A DNA stretch of 64,000 nucleotides from a virus. Taxonomy: Duplodnaviria > Caudoviricetes. Shown one piece after another: positions 10,488 through 20,382 of this stretch. The notes under the pieces are model-generated. The model ran no database searches, had not been told where the DNA came from, and saw nothing but the letters and a program-made list of their open reading frames with translations. The position numbers and the translations under genes are program-made. Each line of letters opens with the position of its first letter. The stretch's first letter is position 1. The stretch is taken from the IMG/VR virus record IMGVR_UViG_3300028591_000104, positions 1-64,000 of that record; one strand, 5' to 3'.

Positions 10488-11969
10488 ATGGAAGTAAATG
10501 TAAATATCGTAAGAGAACTCGTTAATCAGTTGCCTATTGGCTTATATGCAGAACGCCGTATCCCTTGCGAGCTTAGCCTTGACGCGGAAACATCATACTA
10601 TGATACAGTAAACGACAACATTGTTATTTCTTTTCCTATAGTTGCAAAGGGGCTGGAAAAAGCCCCCGAAGCAACTACCGGCTTTACAGAAGAGATAGCG
10701 GTACGTTCTATGTTATATCACGAGCTTAGTCACGTTATTTTAACTCCTAAGTTTTCATCAGATATATTTGAATATAGTTGGATGCCGTCTTTTGAAATCT
10801 TTAATATTTTTGAAGATGAGCGCATTGAAACATTACTCCATAACTACTACCTTGATGTAAATTTTAAGAAGCAGTTGTTCTACATTTGCGGCAAGCCTTC
10901 CGAAAATCCTACATCAGCGACAGAAGCATTTTTCAATATCGTAAGATTTAGGCAGAATTTATACGGACTTGCTGATGAAGTACAAAAAATAATTGATAGG
11001 TATAGTAATATAAATAGCTCGTATAGAGACGATTATTATGACAATGATGGTTGGCATAAATATCGTGTAGCTATTGACTATTTGAAGGATATTAAAAGAC
11101 TTTATGATGAAGTCCGTAAACATTTTAAGTCAGACTCTTCTGCTGCACCTTCTTTTAATTCTGATATTAAAAATGGTAGTGAGGGTGATAATAACGAAGA
11201 AGAAATGGAAGTTTCCGCAGAAGCCCTTAATAAACTTCTTGATGATATAAGCAAAAATAATACTGGTAGCGAAGTTATTAATGAAGCTATTGAAGCTACT
11301 TTTAATGATAGAATAGACAAAAAGGTTTATGAAACATTAAAAGCAACCATAATGCAGTTCAATCATAAGAACAATAGCGGAAACGGAATTAATGCTTATA
11401 GTGGTATTCTTAACCCCCGAAACGTAGGTCGTGAAGATTACAAGTACTTTGACAAGAAAACAGGAGTAAACGGAAATAATAAATTCGGTTCACTTCACCT
11501 CAATTTGATGTTGGACGATAGCGGGTCGTATAGTAATAACTGTCCCCCTACAAACAAGATTATTCAGGCTCTTATTGAGATTGAAAAAGAATATAAGAAT
11601 TTTACATTTGATGTTTACTTCGTTGCGGACAAATATCGTAAAGCTAAAACAAATAAAGAAAAATATATATTCGCCGATGGTGGAAATAGTTTAAGACCTG
11701 CTTTATTTGATTTAGTAAGAGAAGCGCAAAAGCCTAACACTTTTAACTACAATATTGTAATGTTTGACGGTTGGGCTTGTAGTGATGGTGGTGACATAAA
11801 AAACTTTGCCGCTTTTAACAGAAAAAATCTCACGATTATTTCTGATAATGATAATAAAACAGGTATCACTAAGTACTGCCCTGAAGCAAATAAAATCTTC
11901 ATTAATAACAAGTACCCCGAAAAAATTAGTGAAGAAGTAATTAAAGCCTTAGGTAAAGCGTTTAGATAA
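10488..11969 (+). CDS. CobT-like protein: HExxH domain plus vWA domain
   Basis: YHELSH, NIFEDERIE, MIDAS DDSGS and MFDG; directly follows the AAA ATPase. Confidence 0.8.
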   Translation: MEVNVNIVRELVNQLPIGLYAERRIPCELSLDAETSYYDTVNDNIVISFPIVAKGLEKAPEATTGFTEEIAVRSMLYHELSHVILTPKFSSDIFEYSWMPSFEIFNIFEDERIETLLHNYYLDVNFKKQLFYICGKPSENPTSATEAFFNIVRFRQNLYGLADEVQKIIDRYSNINSSYRDDYYDNDGWHKYRVAIDYLKDIKRLYDEVRKHFKSDSSAAPSFNSDIKNGSEGDNNEEEMEVSAEALNKLLDDISKNNTGSEVINEAIEATFNDRIDKKVYETLKATIMQFNHKNNSGNGINAYSGILNPRNVGREDYKYFDKKTGVNGNNKFGSLHLNLMLDDSGSYSNNCPPTNKIIQALIEIEKEYKNFTFDVYFVADKYRKAKTNKEKYIFADGGNSLRPALFDLVREAQKPNTFNYNIVMFDGWACSDGGDIKNFAAFNRKNLTIISDNDNKTGITKYCPEANKIFINNKYPEKISEEVIKALGKAFR

Positions 11970-12354
11970 AAAATGCTGGTGGAGAAATTCACCAGCTTTT
12001 TTTGTGCAAATTGACTATTGATAAACGTCTGGGAATATGATATAATAGCTGCGCGGCTGCGGACGCACCGCGCAGTTTTGTCAAGTAGCAAAGTGCACAA
12101 AATTTTTTCAAATTTTTTCTCAAATTTTGTGCAACTGCACAAAATCCCGAAACCAGGCGAATTGTACAAAGGCCGGGCATGATTTTTGTGCAACCTGCAC
12201 AATTGTATTTTATCCCCTCAAGACTTATAATAGTATTGTAAGTTAGTGATGAACCCGCCAACAGAAAAAAGAAAAAAGTTTGGAAAAGGGCTTGACAACT
12301 TGCGACCCCTATGCTATAATAATAGTATCAAAGATGAAAGGAAGGTACAAAACC

Positions 12355-13035
12355 TTGAGTAAGAAAATTGACCGCCGAAAGGCATACTATGTCGTACTTG
12401 ACACGGAGACTTGTAACTCTATTGAGGATAATATGGTCTATGACCTCGGCTTTGCTGTAGTTGACAAATATGGTAAAGTATATGAGAAGTTTTCATTCGT
12501 CATATATGATGTATATGTCGGTATGAAAGATGTTATGCAGACTGCTTATTATGCCGACAAATTACCTCAATATGAGATTGACCTTGCTAAAGGTACTCGT
12601 AAAATGGTATCTATCCTCACAGCAAGAAAGGTACTCCGTGATATATGCAAGAAATATCGGGTTCGCGCTATAATGGCGCATAATGCCGAGTTTGATAATA
12701 GGGCATTAAAGAGGACACTCCGCTATATCACCAAGAGTGAATACAAGTGGTTTTTGCCTTATGGTGTTGAGATATGGGACACAATGTTTATGGCAAAGGA
12801 TACAATCGGAAAATCCGCCCTTTATCCGCTTTGGTGTAAACAGAATGGTTTTATGACTAACCAGAACCCGCCTCGCCCGCAGTTAAAAGCGGAAATACTT
12901 TATCGCTATATGACAGGCAATAAGAGTTTTGTCGAAAGTCATACAGGTCTTGAAGATGTAATGATTGAAAAAGAGATTTTCAGTCGATGTATGTCATACC
13001 ATAAACCTATGAGGAAAAAGTTGTTCGAGGACTGA
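12355..13035 (+). CDS. DEDDh 3'-5' exonuclease
   Basis: VVLDTET, AHNAEFD, HTGLED motifs; TTG start after AAGGAAGG. Confidence 0.85.
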   Translation: MSKKIDRRKAYYVVLDTETCNSIEDNMVYDLGFAVVDKYGKVYEKFSFVIYDVYVGMKDVMQTAYYADKLPQYEIDLAKGTRKMVSILTARKVLRDICKKYRVRAIMAHNAEFDNRALKRTLRYITKSEYKWFLPYGVEIWDTMFMAKDTIGKSALYPLWCKQNGFMTNQNPPRPQLKAEILYRYMTGNKSFVESHTGLEDVMIEKEIFSRCMSYHKPMRKKLFED

Positions 13036-13103
13036 AAAAGTCCTTGACAACCCCCAATAGAGTGATATAATAAAAGTACAAAAAGAGAAAGGAAATTATA
13101 AAA

Positions 13104-13325
13104 ATGAATAATTTAGAAATAGCAAAGAAGATAATCAAAGAAAACTACAATGACGGTTGTTGTGGTATATTTAATACTCGCAATTGGGCAGGCGATAGAA
13201 TGACCAAGCTGTATAATGATGGTGAACTTGAAATTGATATTTGCTATGGCTATATGTATTTTGAAGTGTTTGGACTTACTGATAGTGAATTTAGACAGTT
13301 AGAAGATTTCTATGATTCACTATAA
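13104..13325 (+). CDS. hypothetical protein
   Basis: Promoter and RBS. Confidence 0.7.
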   Translation: MNNLEIAKKIIKENYNDGCCGIFNTRNWAGDRMTKLYNDGELEIDICYGYMYFEVFGLTDSEFRQLEDFYDSL

Positions 13326-13398
13326 GTAAAGCGGCTGGGCGGTTAATCCCCGTCCAATGACCGCCTTGCCGCAAATAAAAAGAAAGGAAATAATAAAA

Positions 13399-13632
13399 AT
13401 GAGAATAGTAGAATTAAAAGTTGCAGAAGTGGAATTTTGGGAATTACATGAGGGAGACGTTTTCAAGATTAAGTTCCCTTTTGACGAAGATGAAAAAACT
13501 TTAATGAAGTGTAAAGAAGAAAGTTCTATCAATGCTGTTGACCTTGAAACAGGAACTTTATATTATCTTGGTGGTGACGCTGGCTGTGAACTTGTTGACG
13601 CTACGTTGTCAATCAAGCCTAATTTAATTTGA
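13399..13632 (+). CDS. small beta-rich protein, paralog of 14620-14847
   Basis: L-x-x-GD-x-F ... A-x-x-L-x-x-G ... VD pattern shared with the paralog. Confidence 0.7.
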   Translation: MRIVELKVAEVEFWELHEGDVFKIKFPFDEDEKTLMKCKEESSINAVDLETGTLYYLGGDAGCELVDATLSIKPNLI

Positions 13633-13817
13633 CCGTAAGACCCACGCTCGGGTCGACCGGCCCGAAATATTATACCATACCTCCGCCGCAAAGTCAACCC
13701 CTAATTTCCAGGCAAACCGCACAAAATCTCCACTCCCAATTTGTGCAATCTGTACACTTGTAATCTCGTCTATTGGTGCTATAATATTATTGTAACAAAG
13801 AGAAAGGACAGAGCAAA

Positions 13818-14078
13818 ATGGAATACATTAAGAGATTTTTTAAGATTGAGGAAGCCTACAAGTTTGAAATGAATGACTTGCGTTGTGTCATTCAGATAAT
13901 TAATGTAGTATTGATTATGATTTTCGGACTTTCGATTTCGTGGTTCGGACTTGCCGTCGCACTTTGTGGTTTAATCAAAGATTTTATTACCGACCGCCAC
14001 ATCAACGGAATTTTAATGCACTTGTCAACTTGCGTATTAAACGGATATTTTCTTTACATTTTGTATTTTGGCACTTGA
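13818..14078 (+). CDS. small membrane protein
   Basis: Several hydrophobic segments, RBS. Confidence 0.65.
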   Translation: MEYIKRFFKIEEAYKFEMNDLRCVIQIINVVLIMIFGLSISWFGLAVALCGLIKDFITDRHINGILMHLSTCVLNGYFLYILYFGT

Positions 14079-14135
14079 CAAATAAACAAATAAATGCTAT
14101 AATTAAATTGTAAAAAAGAGAAAGGAAATACAGAA

Positions 14136-14564
14136 ATGAGAACATTTTGTTTTGACATGGACGGAACGATTGCAAATCTTTACGGAGTGAGTGGTTGGCT
14201 TGAAATGCTTATAGCCTCAGATAGCACCCCCTATGCAATAGCGAAGCCACTTGTAAATATGTCAAAGTTGGCAAGGCGCATACATAAGATGCAAGCGCAA
14301 GGGCATAGAGTTGAGATTATCTCGTGGCTGTCAAAAAGTGGTACGCCCGAATATAACAAGGAAGTCACCCTCGCAAAAATGAAGTGGTTGGCAAAGCACC
14401 TGCCCTCGGTAAACTTCGACGCGGTTCATATCGTACCTTATGGGACACCGAAATCAACAGTTACAAAATATGCGGATATACTGTTTGATGATGAGCAAAA
14501 AAACCTTGACGAATGGGGCGAAAATGCTTACACCCCCGACAAAATCTTCGAGATTATGGCTTGA
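14136..14564 (+). CDS. HAD-superfamily 5'(3')-deoxyribonucleotidase-like phosphatase
   Basis: FDMDGT motif I, KMKWL, LFDD motif IV. Confidence 0.8.
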   Translation: MRTFCFDMDGTIANLYGVSGWLEMLIASDSTPYAIAKPLVNMSKLARRIHKMQAQGHRVEIISWLSKSGTPEYNKEVTLAKMKWLAKHLPSVNFDAVHIVPYGTPKSTVTKYADILFDDEQKNLDEWGENAYTPDKIFEIMA

Positions 14565-14619
14565 CAAAAGCCTAATCTCGGAGTATAATAAAAGTATAAA
14601 AAAGAAAGGAAATAAAAAA

Positions 14620-14847
14620 ATGATTAAGGTTGTTAGTGAAACGAAAAATTCAACTGTTTGTATTAGTAACTTAAACATAGGTGATACTTTTATCCATAAC
14701 GAGGACTTGTTTATTATAAGTGATGACGCAATTCTTGGGGCATTGAACCTTAGTCATGGCGGAATGTATGATGAATTTGTTGATGGAGAAACTCAAGTTA
14801 TCCCCGTAGATATAGAAATTAAAGTAATAAGAAAGGAAGTGAAATAA
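14620..14847 (+). CDS. small beta-rich protein, paralog of 13399-13632
   Basis: Promoter, RBS, similarity to 13399. Confidence 0.7.
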   Translation: MIKVVSETKNSTVCISNLNIGDTFIHNEDLFIISDDAILGALNLSHGGMYDEFVDGETQVIPVDIEIKVIRKEVK

Positions 14848-14849
14848 AA

Positions 14850-15080
14850 ATGAAAGTAACAGCTTATTTTAATGTAGGGTTTGACGCTGAAGTACCCGAT
14901 GAAATTGTAGAAAAGGCACGTGGCATTTGTCTTATTGAAAAAACTGAATTGTTTGAAAAGATTAGTGACACTCCCGAATTTAAGCAGATTTTTAGCGGAA
15001 ATGTTGACGGTGAAATTACAGCTATTTACACCCCTGACAAGAATGACCCTTACTTTGAAGATATAATTTGGGAGGATTAA
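14850..15080 (+). CDS. hypothetical protein
   Basis: RBS, operon position. Confidence 0.65.
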   Translation: MKVTAYFNVGFDAEVPDEIVEKARGICLIEKTELFEKISDTPEFKQIFSGNVDGEITAIYTPDKNDPYFEDIIWED

Positions 15081-15083
15081 TAA

Positions 15084-15476
15084 ATGACAATAGGTTTTAT
15101 TATTATAGCAATTGTTGCCAGTGTATTTGTTATTGGTGTGGGTTTAATGATAAATATGTATTGTTCAGATACATGGTATCACCCTGTCGGATTAGTAATT
15201 ATTGGAATTATATTAGCCTGTTTTTGGGGTCTTGGTATCTTCTATTTTGGGTATACCGAAAGCGGTAAAAGGGCACTAAAAAGTCAAAATAGTGAACTTA
15301 ATGGCGGTATTGAACGAGAAGTCAATGTATATGATGTAGAAGGTGACCTTATTCAGTCCTATCGAGGAAAATTTGATATAGAATATGAAAATGAAAGAAT
15401 TTTGTTTGATGATGAAAATGGCAATCGTCACATCATTTACTTTAAGACTGGCACTATAATTGTAAATGAAATGTAA
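15084..15476 (+). CDS. membrane-anchored hypothetical protein
   Basis: Two N-terminal TM segments, GGAGG RBS. Confidence 0.7.
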   Translation: MTIGFIIIAIVASVFVIGVGLMINMYCSDTWYHPVGLVIIGIILACFWGLGIFYFGYTESGKRALKSQNSELNGGIEREVNVYDVEGDLIQSYRGKFDIEYENERILFDDENGNRHIIYFKTGTIIVNEM

Positions 15477-15972
15477 TTGTAGAGTTGCACAAATGTGCAA
15501 CTCTTTTTTTGTTTAAAATGACTATTGACAAATACCTGGACCTGTGGTATAATGTCCCGGCGCGATTGGGCGCCGTGCCGGGCATTTGCTTTGTCAAGTC
15601 CCCTAGGAAATTTTTGTGCAACTGCACAAACTTTTGCCCAGGCACCAGGATCCCATTTGTGCAAACTTCGATTGGCTCCCGGCCCGTGTCCATCGACCGG
15701 GCCGGAAAATTATACACCACCACCTTTCAAAAGTCAAGAGGAAATTTCAAAAAATTTGCACAAAAATTTTTTCTCCCAAAACTCATTTTTTGTGTTGACT
15801 TCACAACACTTTGGTGCTATAATTATAAATGTAAGAAGTGAGGAACAAGAAAACCTACTACGAAAAAAATAAAAAAAGTAGAAAAAAGGACTTGACAAAC
15901 TTCAAACAAGATGTTATAATAAAGATGTAAAAAGTAAGGGTTGCGACCTACGCAAGAAAGGAAGTGTTGACT

Positions 15973-16323
15973 ATGGCTAACACAAAGATTACTAAGAGAG
16001 ACGTTTTGAACAAGATTATCGCTAAGTGCGCTGATGATGATGTTATCGTCGCATATGCGAAGCACGAAATCGAGCTGATTGACGCTAAGAATGAGAAGCG
16101 CAAGAACGCTCCGAAGAAGCCGACTAAGGCACAGCTCGAAGCCGAGGCGCTGAAGCCTGAGGTATATGCCGCTCTCGGTGACGAACCGAAGTCCGCAAAG
16201 GATATTGCTGATGGTCTGGGTGTAACTTTCCAGAAGATTACGCCTATTCTCGTAGCCTTCGCTAATGAGGGTAAGGCTGAAAGCGTCACTGTAAAGGGTA
16301 AGAACCTTTACAAGAGGGCGTGA
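15973..16323 (+). CDS. basic winged-helix protein, paralog 2 of 3
   Basis: Clear similarity to 8199; same leader motif and tandem promoters. Confidence 0.75.
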   Translation: MANTKITKRDVLNKIIAKCADDDVIVAYAKHEIELIDAKNEKRKNAPKKPTKAQLEAEALKPEVYAALGDEPKSAKDIADGLGVTFQKITPILVAFANEGKAESVTVKGKNLYKRA

Positions 16324-16417
16324 GCCCTCATAGGGGATACCCCCTCGAAAGAGGGGGTTGACAACCCCGAACTTATATGGTATAATTGAGTTATCAAAAG
16401 TAAAGGAAGTGATAAAT

Positions 16418-16804
16418 ATGGCAAAAGAAAAGCGACACTATGCCACGGAAGAAGAGATTGCCGACCTTATGGCGAAGAACTCTTGGACAAGGGACGACGC
16501 TGAGTTTTACCTTATTGACAAGTATGATGAGGTTGTATTCCCCGATGAAACTGACGAGGTAATTGAAGAACATAAGCAGAACCTCAAGGTTGCAAATGTT
16601 TATGACAACAAAAAGGGTAAGCGCAAGGTAACACGCAAGCCCGACGAGGATAAACGCGAATTGATGTCAATGCTCGTAGAAACCTTTCAAAATTATGATG
16701 ATTTTAAGGTCGTTTCAGAAGAGGGCAAAATGAAGTTTGTATATAATAATCGTCATTTCACTTTAACCCTCACGTGGAACAGAAAAGAGGACAAAAATGG
16801 ATAA
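16418..16804 (+). CDS. hypothetical protein
   Basis: Promoter at 16358 and RBS before ATG 16418. Confidence 0.7.
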   Translation: MAKEKRHYATEEEIADLMAKNSWTRDDAEFYLIDKYDEVVFPDETDEVIEEHKQNLKVANVYDNKKGKRKVTRKPDEDKRELMSMLVETFQNYDDFKVVSEEGKMKFVYNNRHFTLTLTWNRKEDKNG

Positions 16805-17135
16805 AGAGTTCCTCTATGTCGGTCACTACACCGACACCAACGGCAATTATATCCTCAAGGTCGGTACTACAAACGACCTTGACCGCCGCAAGGCGGAACA
16901 TACAAGAAATTATCACAAGGCAAAAATCTACAAAATGCCAATAGAAGATAAATTTGAGTATGACTTTTTTATCCCTTTGTCTAAGTACAACACTTTGCGC
17001 TATGAGGATAAAACGCGCCAAAAGTGGATAGATGAAGCGGTCGGCGAGTTTGTGCGAAATGACAGATTTTTGTGCGAAAATAAACCCGAATTTGTGGAAA
17101 TTGTCATTCGCAAAACATACAGAATTCCCCTGTAA
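16797..17135 (+). CDS. GIY-YIG-superfamily nuclease-like protein
   Basis: LYVG...LKVGTTNDLDRRKAEH...E pattern. Confidence 0.6.
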   Translation: MDKEFLYVGHYTDTNGNYILKVGTTNDLDRRKAEHTRNYHKAKIYKMPIEDKFEYDFFIPLSKYNTLRYEDKTRQKWIDEAVGEFVRNDRFLCENKPEFVEIVIRKTYRIPL

Positions 17136-17353
17136 AGGGGAATTTTTTTGTGCATTTTTTTTGAAAAAAGTACTTGACAAATCCTGGAAAGTGTGGTATA
17201 ATTTTCGGGCCAAAGCGGCCAGCCTGCTCGTGCGCCGGTGTAAATTCTCCGTTTCAAAAAATAAAAAATTTTTCGAAAAATGCAAATTTATTATTGACTT
17301 TCCCGAAAATAAATGCTATAATTTATTTAGAAAAAGAAAGGAAGTGACACACA

Positions 17354-17830
17354 ATGAACAAAGATGTATCCGCTACGCTTGACCGCTTGACCGCAATTCT
17401 TAATGACTATTGCAAGCAATTTGACCTTACAGTATTTAATGATACAGACTTCGCATACTACCGCGATGGTTCAATCTCTTATGCTGTAGTAGTTACAGAG
17501 CGTTTTGATAGAATGTTCCTTGAATTTTGTGAAACAAATTTCCCACTAATTCACGCCCCGATTTTCCTTTGGTCTTTGTTCCACGAAATCGGTCACGCTA
17601 TGACTGATGATGAAATTAGCGACGAAGTCTATGATTTTTGTTTTAATATCAAAATTACACTCAACGCTGATGATGATGAGGACACAAAAACCTATTTTAA
17701 CCTGCCCGATGAATTTACGGCTACTGAATGGGGTTATTATTATATGCTTAATCACCCTGAGGAAGTGTCCGAATTATGGGATAAAATCCGCCCCTTAATT
17801 CAAAAATTACACTTGACAATCGAGGAATGA
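17354..17830 (+). CDS. HExxH zinc metallopeptidase-like protein (ImmA/IrrE-like)
   Basis: WSLFHEIGH...YF-x-LPDE-x-x-A-x-x-W. Confidence 0.7.
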   Translation: MNKDVSATLDRLTAILNDYCKQFDLTVFNDTDFAYYRDGSISYAVVVTERFDRMFLEFCETNFPLIHAPIFLWSLFHEIGHAMTDDEISDEVYDFCFNIKITLNADDDEDTKTYFNLPDEFTATEWGYYYMLNHPEEVSELWDKIRPLIQKLHLTIEE

Positions 17831-17875
17831 GGTGGTATAATTAAATTGTAAAAAGAAGAAAGGAAGTAAACCGCT

Positions 17876-18292
17876 ATGTCAGTTAAAAAGATAATCAAAA
17901 AGTTCTGCGCACCTTTTAACATCAAGGTGCGCAAGGCAGATGAGTGGGAAGCCTATGATGATGAGGTTCATTTCCCTTCAGACCCCGATAAATACTATAC
18001 CGAGGGTTTTATGGATACAATAAACCGAGTTTACCCCGACATTAAGGCAACCGAGTTTACTTGGTCTTTACTCCACGAAGTGGGACACGCGAAAACTTGG
18101 AACTTATTTACAAAAAAGGCGTGGCGCAAGTACAACGAAACCGCCCCCTACATTCACGATATAGAAATTTACTTCCGAGTACCACAGGAACGGGCGGCGA
18201 CCGATTGGGCGGCTGAGTACATCAGAAAGCACCCTAAGAAGATAGCAAAATTTGAAAAGGCTATAAAAAAAGAAATTGGAGAAATAAGATAG
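17876..18292 (+). CDS. HExxH zinc metallopeptidase-like protein, tandem paralog
   Basis: WSLLHEVGH...YFRVPQERAATDW; ends at TAG. Confidence 0.7.
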   Translation: MSVKKIIKKFCAPFNIKVRKADEWEAYDDEVHFPSDPDKYYTEGFMDTINRVYPDIKATEFTWSLLHEVGHAKTWNLFTKKAWRKYNETAPYIHDIEIYFRVPQERAATDWAAEYIRKHPKKIAKFEKAIKKEIGEIR

Positions 18293-18522
18293 AAAAGGGG
18301 TTGACAACCTCAACCCCCTATGTTATAATAAGAGTATAAAAGAAAGGAAGTGATAAAAATGGCAAAGTATAGAGTATGGGTATGTTTAGAGGCAGAGTAT
18401 AATGACATAGAAGCAGATAATGAAGAAGAGGCATTTATTGAGGCTTCTGACTGCGCGATGAGCGGTGGCGATTGGCAGTATAGAGTGGAAAAAATTGATG
18501 ATAATGAATGAGGTGATAAAAA

Positions 18523-18705
18523 ATGATGAAGTTTATACAGTTTAATGACGATGAAATGTTAAACATAGAATGTATTGAATGTATGTATCGTAATTATTTA
18601 GGCGGTACAACTGTTATAGGAAAAAGTGGTAGGGAGTACGTTACAGGGCTTACAATTGAAAAAGTAAAAGAATTGATAGAAAAGTTGGAGGCGAGCGCGA
18701 AATGA
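18523..18705 (+). CDS. hypothetical protein
   Basis: GAGGTG RBS. Confidence 0.6.
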   Translation: MMKFIQFNDDEMLNIECIECMYRNYLGGTTVIGKSGREYVTGLTIEKVKELIEKLEASAK

Positions 18706-18971
18706 AAGAGATTGTTTACATTGTCTATGAAGAGAATACCTATGGAGAAACAGGAATAACTTGCGCTTTTGGTTCTCTTGAGCGCGCAAAGTCTTACCTT
18801 AAAGGGCGCGCAGTGGTTTGGATAAGAGATAAAATCGCCCGCAAAGAAACATTGACCGACATCGATGAATTGACCGACCTTGACCTGGTGTCGAATGGTG
18901 ATATGGATTACTTCGTGCGGCTGGACGACTTGGGACTAACCTATTACCTACACCGAGAACCTGTGCTGTAA
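18702..18971 (+). CDS. hypothetical protein (family shared with 42311, 47243, 47710)
   Basis: VYIV...F-x-S-x-E-x-A motif; overlapping start/stop. Confidence 0.65.
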   Translation: MKEIVYIVYEENTYGETGITCAFGSLERAKSYLKGRAVVWIRDKIARKETLTDIDELTDLDLVSNGDMDYFVRLDDLGLTYYLHREPVL

Positions 18972-19490
18972 AGATTGTGCAAATGCACAATCTTTTTTTT
19001 ATGTTTAGGATTAAAATTTGTATAATCTGCCTATTGACAAATCGGCGGGCCGCTAGCAGTTGCCTGGGCCCGCTTTATTATACCACAAACCTATAGAAAT
19101 GTCAAGCCCAAAATCGTCGACAATGTGTACAAACTTTGACCTCCCGAATTGTGCAACCGGCCGGAGCCGCAGGTGTAGGCCGGCATTCCCCCGCCACACG
19201 ACCTACGCAATTTTCCGCACATATGCTCGCATATGGCTCACTTTTGCTCACTCCTGTAATGCGCTAGCATTACATATCGCCTCAACCCCTCCCAACTTGA
19301 CAACAAAAATTTTGCAAAAATCAAGTCATTTCCGGCCCATATGCGCCGATTTCGCCACATTTTTGACTTGATTTTACTAAAAATTTTCTTGTCAAATCAA
19401 AAATTATGCTTGGTCCACGCTAAATAATTATATATTTATAATTCTCAGATATAAAAAAACCCTTTTTTCGGAGGTTTTTGCATAAAAAAA

Positions 19491-19571
19491 TTGACTTTTA
19501 TTAAAAAATATGATATAATATAAGGGGAAATATAAATATAAATATATACCATATTTTTTAATAAAAGTCAA
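19491..19571. repeat. perfect 22-bp inverted repeat forming face-to-face promoter-like elements
   Basis: TTGACTTTTATTAAAAAATATG (19491) / CATATTTTTTAATAAAAGTCAA (19550). Confidence 0.8.
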
Positions 19572-20045
19572 ACCCCGGCGCAGAACCAGCTAGCCGCAAT
19601 TCTATAATTTTTCTTAAACTCCAGGAGCAGGAAAACCTATTTGATTTTTAAAGCTGTAGTAAGCTGTACGCCCATAAAATTTAATCGCGCGATTAGAACT
19701 TCATTCAAATAGAAAACCTATACGATTTGCCAATAGAAAAGAAAAAAGAAAGCCCCTACGGTACTACGCAGGGGATTATAGGATATCTTTCTATTTTATA
19801 ATTATATTATAACATAATTTTATTTAAAAATCAAATCATATATGTCCAATAGACGAAGATAAAAGGCCGGGGATCCAACAGTAGAAAGAATTAGAAGCGG
19901 CGGCCTTAGGTGTGTGGATGGGGATATGAGCTCAGACGAAAAACGAGAGAACGATAGCAATCAATGGTACTGCGCGGGGGCACCACCCCTTCCACATTTC
20001 TCATAATTCTCTTATATTCTTTCTTTCCTTTCTCTATCCCCTCTT

Positions 20046-20348
20046 TCAATACTTCGTCTACATTTCCTTTTCTTCTTTCTTCTTCCAATACTCCTTATGA
20101 CTTTTCTTATGTGCCTACACAGCAGCTTCTGCCGCATTAGCCACTTCATCACTTATCTTCATATCATTTAGTTTATCAGTAAATATATCTTTATACTTAT
20201 AATCACTTTGATTAATCAAAGCTTCTAACTACAACATACAAGCCTTCTAAAAATCTTTACCTTCTAAATACTCAAAAGGCTCAAAAAAATCCGAAGGAAT
20301 CTCCATATCTTCCCCATCATACCAATCATCTTCAATTCTTATCAACAT
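20046..20348 (-). CDS. hypothetical protein with 4 in-frame TAG codons
   Basis: AAGGAG RBS; 100-codon frame to TGA if TAG is sense (e.g. KDF*KACML*LEA). Confidence 0.6.
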
Positions 20349-20382
20349 ACCAAATCTCCTTTCTTACTAACTCGAGCGCGAC

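Noticed and set aside
1238-19371. ORFs lying within the early repeat modules (1238, 4697, 6241, 9119-9450, 15437-15872, 19060) and most minus-strand ORFs opposite real genes
   Set aside because: They translate repeat motifs (CTN, LHK, FVQ), lack RBSs, or are antisense shadows.
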